Under the pieces are notes generated by a model. That model worked only from the letters and a program-made list of their open reading frames with translations, was not told the origin of the DNA and made no database searches. This document shows, piece by piece, positions 57,406 to 64,000 of a stretch of 64,000 bases of DNA. Numbering within the stretch: position 1 is the first letter of the stretch; every line of letters begins with the position of its first letter. The translations under genes were made by a program, and so were the position numbers. Source of the DNA: Eutreptiella sp. 'Long Island Sound 2002' (lineage: Eukaryota > Protista > Euglenida); the NCBI GenBank assembly GCA_964036045.1, contig OZ038378.1, positions 10,416,001-10,480,000 of the forward strand. The letters run 5' to 3'.

Positions 57406-59636
57406 GTCCCAGAGTATCCACGCACCCTTGTTGTTGCAAACACTAGTCACTCGAAGCTGGCCGAACCCCGTGTCCAACATCAGCCCCAAAAAGCGGGTGG
57501 GGGGACTGCATGAAAGCCAACACATCACAACAACTGCCCCCTACAAAGTATAACGGTCACAGCGTTGTACCTCTTGTGCCTCCATGGATGGTCGCAAGGC
57601 TTCAGAATTGGTATCTGAAGTGTCGCTACTGCTGCCACCTAAGGAGCAGAATTGATGTTCTGGACGGGAGCCAGTGCTGGACACCAACAATGGAATCAAC
57701 TTTCGCTTGTCCATTGCACCCATGGCGTGGGGGCTTTTGGGCACTGCAAAGATATGAGGGTATGAATTGAGGACGGCAATGGCAGGCTCACCACTCACAC
57801 TGGTATCATTGGTAGTGGCTTCATCACAGCTGAACAGCTTGGAGGGAGACTAACAGCACCCAGTATCACTGGTGGACATCTGCGGTGGTTCTTTAGCCCG
57901 AACAGCAAATAAGCTACAGGGAGGGAGCGGGAGGCTGGAACCTGACCAGTATCCAAGCCAAGAAACGTGGGACAGGGCCTGGTGCAAACTCAATGCAGCA
58001 TTAGTATTGGTGCCCCTTCTCCCCAGACACCCGCAATGTGTGTCAACGACCCTGCACACTGCAAATTTCCACCTCCTCTTGATGGAACCCCAGCAACAAT
58101 ATGCAGGCATGCCAAGTGGAAAAAAATGCCACCATAAAAGGGTATGCATGTCTTGTGCCACGTGCAGGCTACCTTTTTCGTTTCATCCTGTTTTGGGCAT
58201 TTCCCGCATAACTGAGCTCAAAGTGGCGTGCAGGGCAAATACTCCCTGCAAAAAAATCAAATGCATTTGACTTCTTGTGTTTTACATGGATACAATAAAT
58301 GCATGGATTTTGCCTACAGTGTTGGATTGCATAATTTCGGGGGTGGAGGTGGGTGGGTGGGTGGGGGGTCCTTGTGTGCATTCTCCCCAAAACTGCCAGC
58401 ATAGTTTTTTTTGCAAATACTGCTCTGGGGGTTCTAGCGCCAATGGCCCCCAAAACTTTTTCCATGCCTGCTACTTAAAACACTCAAATTCTAATCGACA
58501 ATTCAACGATGACATGTAGCCATGTTGGAACTGAGTGTTGCATTTCAAGATGCATCTTCCAAGTATTCAAAGTAGCTGCATTGGTCTATGTGTAGGTCTA
58601 GTATTGAAGAACATCATGTTGGACACCTTCCTTGAGCAAATTTACTGTGTGTCCTTTTGCACGGTGCCCTATCCTGATCAGCCTCATCATCAGCAACAAC
58701 AATACCATTATGTCAATGTCACCATCATCAATGGCCAATATTGGATGAGACCAAATGCTATGGATGCCATTGATAGCACAATGCACTGTTCCTTAGGCAG
58801 GGCAAACACTGCATACTCAACACATACCAACAACTCACCACCATTCTTATTCCAACGAAGGTGTTAAGGTGTGTCCCCGGCATGCAGGATGGTCAAGCGC
58901 AAAAAATGTCGGGGGACTACCTTGATGAAAAATCTCATGGGTGTTTTCCGTGAGCTTCTATGGACAGCATTTGGTCGATATGATGTGTTGGGAGAGATGC
59001 ATCAGCTTTGTATTTAGGGTTTTTGTGGGGGGGGGGGGGGCTGATTTCAGACCGATCCTTCCACAAATGATGGTTCTGTGATGCAGTACCGCCAAGGACT
59101 GCAACAGGACGCGTTGTGTGCTGTGGCAGCAGATGTTTCAAAATTTTCATGCGCCGCTTGCAGAGTCCCCTCTGTTTCATGTTCCCACTACCATTCTCCC
59201 TGATGCCCCCTGTTGTCCGGTTCTGTACCATGGCAGGGAGAGCTGCTGTGCAGTTCGCCGACTTATTTTTCTTTGGTGCAGCATATTACACTCCCTGAGC
59301 CACTGAACCATCTGTGAGAGTGGCAGGACTGTTGTACGTTTGCTTTAAGCAAGGCTCTGGGCCATTTTAAAATTGGCAATCAATGATAGTTGCGAGTTTC
59401 TCCTTCGAAATTCATTGTCAGTTGTGGTGGTGCGGTGGCCAGGCATCCAGGGGGGAAAGTTTAGACTTCGCCGACAGTCATGGCGAAGCGAGCAGCCTAC
59501 CTGCCAAAGCCGGTTGGTTACCATGCCACCAGTGTCCAGTGCAATGTCTTTTGTGTGACCTTCTTTTATTGATGGAGGGTGTTGCTGTCCATCAGGAGTG
59601 GCGGAGGGAACAACTGCAGTTTGGTGGGTCAGAGTG

Positions 59637-61716
59637 CTTGGGGTGCACTACTCGCATACTTCCCGGGAGTCCCCCCAAAAAGGGGGGCGCCGTAAATTTG
59701 AAAAAAACCGCCTGAATGGCGTGCAACACGTCTGATCCAGGGGGGTAGCAGGCCTGTCGACGACATCATGAAATTTACGGCGGATCCGCCGTAAAATTTA
59801 CGGTCCAGAAATGAAAAATGCCACAATCCAGGACGCTCTCCTTTTCACTGTACCTGTCAAAAACAGCACTGGAAAACGAACTGGCATAGTGAAACATGGC
59901 CCAATTCTGTAATTGAACGCAACAGGTACCGTGCGCAACACGTTGTGTGCCACTCAACATTGTACCCTTATCACTGCAACCTTTTTTTCCCATCTGAAAA
60001 TTTTGTGCACCAGGAAAGCTCATTGGAAAAAAGAAACTTGTTTGCCTGTCCGTAGCCCAGTGTGACACTTGTACAGCAGTAAAATACACCGCAAAAATCA
60101 TGAAAACGCAAAACGGAACGACCGGTACAGCAGCCCAAAAACTGGTGGTCTCCGTTTCTCCGTTTTTACCCGACCAGTAAACATCCTGTATGACACGTTA
60201 ATGACGCAAAAATTTTACGGCGGAGGCGCTGTAAAATTTTACAGCGCTTCTGCCGTAAAAAATTTACAGATAAAGCGCCAGACATTGGACCACAGGCTGT
60301 GGCCCATGTTGCAAAATGTTGTGCTACAAACGTTTGGCTGTGCATAAGCCACCGTACAGCCAACAAGGGCACACGAGCGTTTGTACCTATCATGCACCAT
60401 GTAAGCATACATCATGGGAGATCTGAGGGAGACCTCACAACGGTTTGCCCACATTCACACTGGTATCCAGATGTTATACTCACTGATTTTGGAGTGGTTT
60501 GAAGCGGGCAGCAGCAGCCTGGAATCGCCCCAAGTGGGGATCCCCCCCAGTCTCAGTGCAGTGCCCAACATTCCTAAATCTCTTGTGTCTGGCGGGTGTC
60601 ACCACAATGGGGTTTTCGTGGCCCATGGCGGTGGAGAGACGTTTTCTCGTTGGGGCCGGTGACAGGCAGGGCCACGAAAACCCCATTGTGGTGACACCCG
60701 CCAGACACAAGAGATTTAGGAATGTTGGGCACTGCACTGAGACTGGGGGGGATCCCCACTTGGGGCGATTCCAGGCTGCTGCTGCCCGCTTCAAACCACT
60801 CCAAAATCAGTGAGTATAACATCTGGATACCAGTGTGAATGTGGGCAAACCGTTGTGAGGTCTCCCTCAGATCTCCCATGATGTATGCTTACATGGTGCA
60901 TGATAGGTACAAACGCTCGTGTGCCCTTGTTGGCTGTACGGTGGCTTATGCACAGCCAAACGTTTGTAGCACAACATTTTGCAACATGGGCCACAGCCTG
61001 TGGTCCAATGTCTGGCGCTTTATCTGTAAATTTTTTACGGCAGAAGCGCTGTAAAATTTTACAGCGCCTCCGCCGTAAAATTTTTGCGTCATTAACGTGT
61101 CATACAGGATGTTTACTGGTCGGGTAAAAACGGAGAAACGGAGACCACCAGTTTTTGGTCTGCACGACTGGTCAAAGCTTGTAAAGTTGCCGTGATTTCT
61201 GGTATGTGTTTTACAGTTTGACAAATGGTACACTAGGGTCCGGACCAGCAAACAAATTTCTTTTTTCCAAAGCGATTTGCTGGTGCAGAAAAATTTCGGC
61301 GGTCAAAAAATGGTTGCCGTGTTAAGGGTAAGATGGTTGACGTCACACAGCGTGTTGCGCACGGCAGACGGCGTTTTAAACGACTGGTTGGGCAACATTT
61401 CTACTGGAAGATCCAGTCTGAACTACTGTTTTTGCTGCATAGGGTGAAAAGGTTGGAGTCCTTGGTTGTGGCAGATTTCATTTTTGGGCTGTAAATTTTA
61501 CGGCGCTTCAGCCGTAAAATTCTTAACATTCTTCGCTGCACTTGTTCCCCCCCGTGTGCCCCTGAACTTTACGGCGCTTCCGCCGTTAACAAATTGGCCT
61601 AGTGTCAAGCATATTGGTGAAAAAGGGGGGTAGGGACCCTGGGACACAAAAAGGGGTGAAAATGTGCTCAGTGCGCGCATGGCACTCCCGGGAAGTACAC
61701 GAATAGTGCACCCCAA
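59637..61716. mobile_element. Foldback-type element: long diverged inverted arms around a perfect-looking inner palindrome
   Basis: Ends cttggggtgcacta.tcg..tacttcccgggagt and its reverse complement; candidate 5-bp TSD gagtg (59632-59636, 61717-61721); outer arms are homologous but diverged. Confidence 0.75.
60135..61158. repeat. Inverted repeat with 490-bp arms and 44-bp spacer
   Basis: 60135-60624 is the reverse complement of 60669-61158 with no mismatch noticed; the ORF track shows mirror-identical peptides on opposite strands. Confidence 0.95.
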
Positions 61717-61972
61717 GGAGTGGCGTGCTTGTCCTGCTCGTTGCAGCATTGCTGCGCCCTCGTCGTCCACCTCCCCTCCGTTGCGTGGTGGGGCTGTCTA
61801 TGGCCGGACTAGTGATGGAACCCATTCGAGCATGCCTGCATTCTCAAAGCAGCAGCAAAACATTGTCCATTGTGCCATGTCCCGAGCTCCGTAGGGCAGG
61901 CGCCTCATGGGCAACTGCTGGCTCTCTGTGGCTGCAGGTGGGTGTGTGTGGCTCTGTGTGGCCACAGGGGGC

Positions 61973-62276
61973 GTTCAGACTCAAATCCTGACCCCAACCC
62001 CCCCTGAAAACTTTTCGGGCCCCGTGGGGGGGGGGGGGTCAGGGTGAAAACTTTTTCCCTGTTTTGCATGCATATTTGAATTCCCCATGCGATTCTGAGC
62101 ATTTTGAGCATACACACAGAGGGTGAAGTCAATTTTTACCCCCCACCGGATGCCAAAAAAAAAATTCCGGCGCCTTCGGCGCTAGGTTTGGGCCAAATGT
62201 GGACCGAATCTCCTCAAATTTTGGACCACCCAAGGGGGTGAGAGGGGGGAAGGGGGGTCAGGATCTGAGTCTGAAC
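61973..62276. mobile_element. ~300-bp MITE
   Basis: gttcagactcaaatcctgacccc / ggggtcaggatctgagtctgaac, a 23-bp TIR with 1 mismatch; TSD unclear. Confidence 0.65.
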
Positions 62277-64000
62277 ACCCGCCATGTGTGTGGCTGTGTC
62301 TCGGCTGGACTTGGTCGTGCGTCCGAAATGAGCGAGCATATCAGTGTGCTCCCGCTTCCAACGAACACCTCTTCGGTGCCTCTGGTCCCTCTGCTTGTGC
62401 CTAATCAAAGGAATCGGGTTGGAGAACGGATTAAAGTCAGTCCTCAGGCCCTTTGAGGCATGTGCGGTGACTACACACTCGAATTGCTGCCCCAAACTGC
62501 AAACTACGATTCCGAGCCTGCAGGCAAAGGCGGCACCGCCTCATTCAGGTCAACATCCTACTTCACTGCAGGGCTTTGCGTACTGGAGAGGGAAATGCAG
62601 GCGGGGAGGCGGGGGGGGGGGGGGAACCCTGACTCAGCCCCAACTGTTGGGCAGTGGAGTAGGACCCAGCCCCATTCTCAGAGCTGGGAACCAGCTCTGA
62701 CCTGCCCCCATCCCCACCCCAGTCAGCAGGGACTAGCTTCTAGCAACGAAGTCAATCTGACAATTGGCAAAAAAGGTAAATACAGCGAGCTTGACTGTAT
62801 GCCAAACAGAACAGGAGATCACCAACGTGTAACCGGAATGGTCAGGGCAAGGTTTGTGGCTCGGGGCTCTCGGTCGCCCTTTTTTTCTGCCGCCCCATAG
62901 TATCCCAAGACCATTGACCAGACAACGAGACAGGGGAAAGCCACGTCAGCACGACAGCACGAGCCACAGCACCACCTCGAGCTAAAAATTGTCACGGGCG
63001 ATTTTGCAGGGCCCCACAAATTTACAAGTCAACGACATGTTCTATGGGTCGGCGGTCCGGCTTGATTGGCGCGTGTTAGGCCGCTGCTAGGCATTGCCCT
63101 GATCCCTGACACGCTTCACACCATTCGGAGGCCGCCTCTTGGGGGTCAGTCATGCTCCCGAGGGGCTGGCTGTTGCCCTCGACTTGGGCTCTGCGTGGAT
63201 CTCGGATGGAGACCCAGGCCTCCCTGTGGCTTGTACACCCCCGACACCCCTGGGCCAGCGTCTCGACCCCAGCCCGCAACACGGGGTACCGTGCCGTCAT
63301 ATATAAAGGTCAAGGCCAAACCCGATGTTTGGGTCTGCGAGGACGAAGGCGTTCGGGGGAGGGGGGGGGGGGTGCCAGAGGCGGGGAGGATGGCGATACC
63401 CTGCAACCTGCGGGTCTATTGCCACAAGGTCAAGTGGGGCACCTGCGTCGCCGGAGCGTGCCAGGCTCCCAGATCCGAGTTCAAAGGGATAGCACCAACA
63501 GGGACCGGCAACACGTTCCCCTGGGGACCTGGATAAACCCGGGTATCAACAGCAACGCGCCTTTGTGAGAGTGGGCTCAGCCACACACCCCGCACACCCG
63601 AAACCTGAAAGCCCCAACACTGGGGGGATCGGCACTGACGAAGCATCGCCAGGTTCGAAGTCAGCATCGCAAAGCCGTCTCTGGGAAGGGGCCCAGAAGA
63701 GTCGTCAGAGGCCCCCCGGCGCACATCCAGCGCAGCGACAGTCCCCCCCCCCCCCCCGGTCCATCAGATCCACGTGCAATGCACAGCAGGCGACTGTACT
63801 GGGGGCGTTGTCGCAGAGTAGACGAGTGGGAGGGTCGTGACCCACGAGTGGCTGACGCGAAGGGGCTGCTGGAGCCCTTCGCTCGCGGCCCTTCACCCCC
63901 CCCCCCCTTGCAGAATGGGGAGCAGGAACAGTCGTGGGTGCCTTACCGCATCCAAACCAGAATTGACCCTAAAAAAGGAGGCGCACATCCTCTTAGGCAC

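Noticed and set aside
58900-59320. Possible piggyBac transposase remnant (HRWFSG, GT..NRG, WKD, IDQMLS)
   Set aside because: Short motifs in different frames; suggestive but not supportable without a profile search.
60414-60879. Mirror-image ORF pairs on opposite strands
   Set aside because: A consequence of the DNA palindrome, not evidence of genes.
1-64000. CRISPR arrays, rRNA genes, intact tRNA genes, intact host genes
   Set aside because: No constant-repeat/unique-spacer array, no rRNA-like sequence, tRNA-like segments lack paired acceptor stems, and no exon series could be supported.

Overview
Eukaryotic, transposon-saturated 64-kb window with no intact host gene that I can support. 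A green-type LHCII pseudogene fragment plus tyrosine-recombinase (YR) retrotransposons with the gag-YR-RT/RH order known from kinetoplastid VIPER/TATE suggest a photosynthetic euglenozoan; this is an inference. The clearest structure is a nested YR retrotransposon at 20511-29649 (minus strand) with a complete split-direct-repeat set (A1...B1-A2-B2). Its RT is interrupted by a 5'-truncated LINE (18-bp TSD, polyA). Its YR is interrupted by two head-to-tail Helitron-like elements (3' hairpin + CTAG), one carrying a frameshifted gene fragment. Removing both insertions restores the reading frames. Other supported items: an L1/Tx1-like LINE (RT, zf-RVT, RNase H) inserted in frame into another LINE ORF with a 13-bp duplication; a second YR remnant; a DIRS-type methyltransferase fragment; IS5/Harbinger-like transposase fragments with a Cys-rich tail; several MITE families; three tRNA-derived segments; a ~5.5-kb near-identical tandem duplication; and a 2.1-kb foldback element with a 490-bp-arm inner palindrome. 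All family assignments come from motif recognition by eye; no database searches were run.
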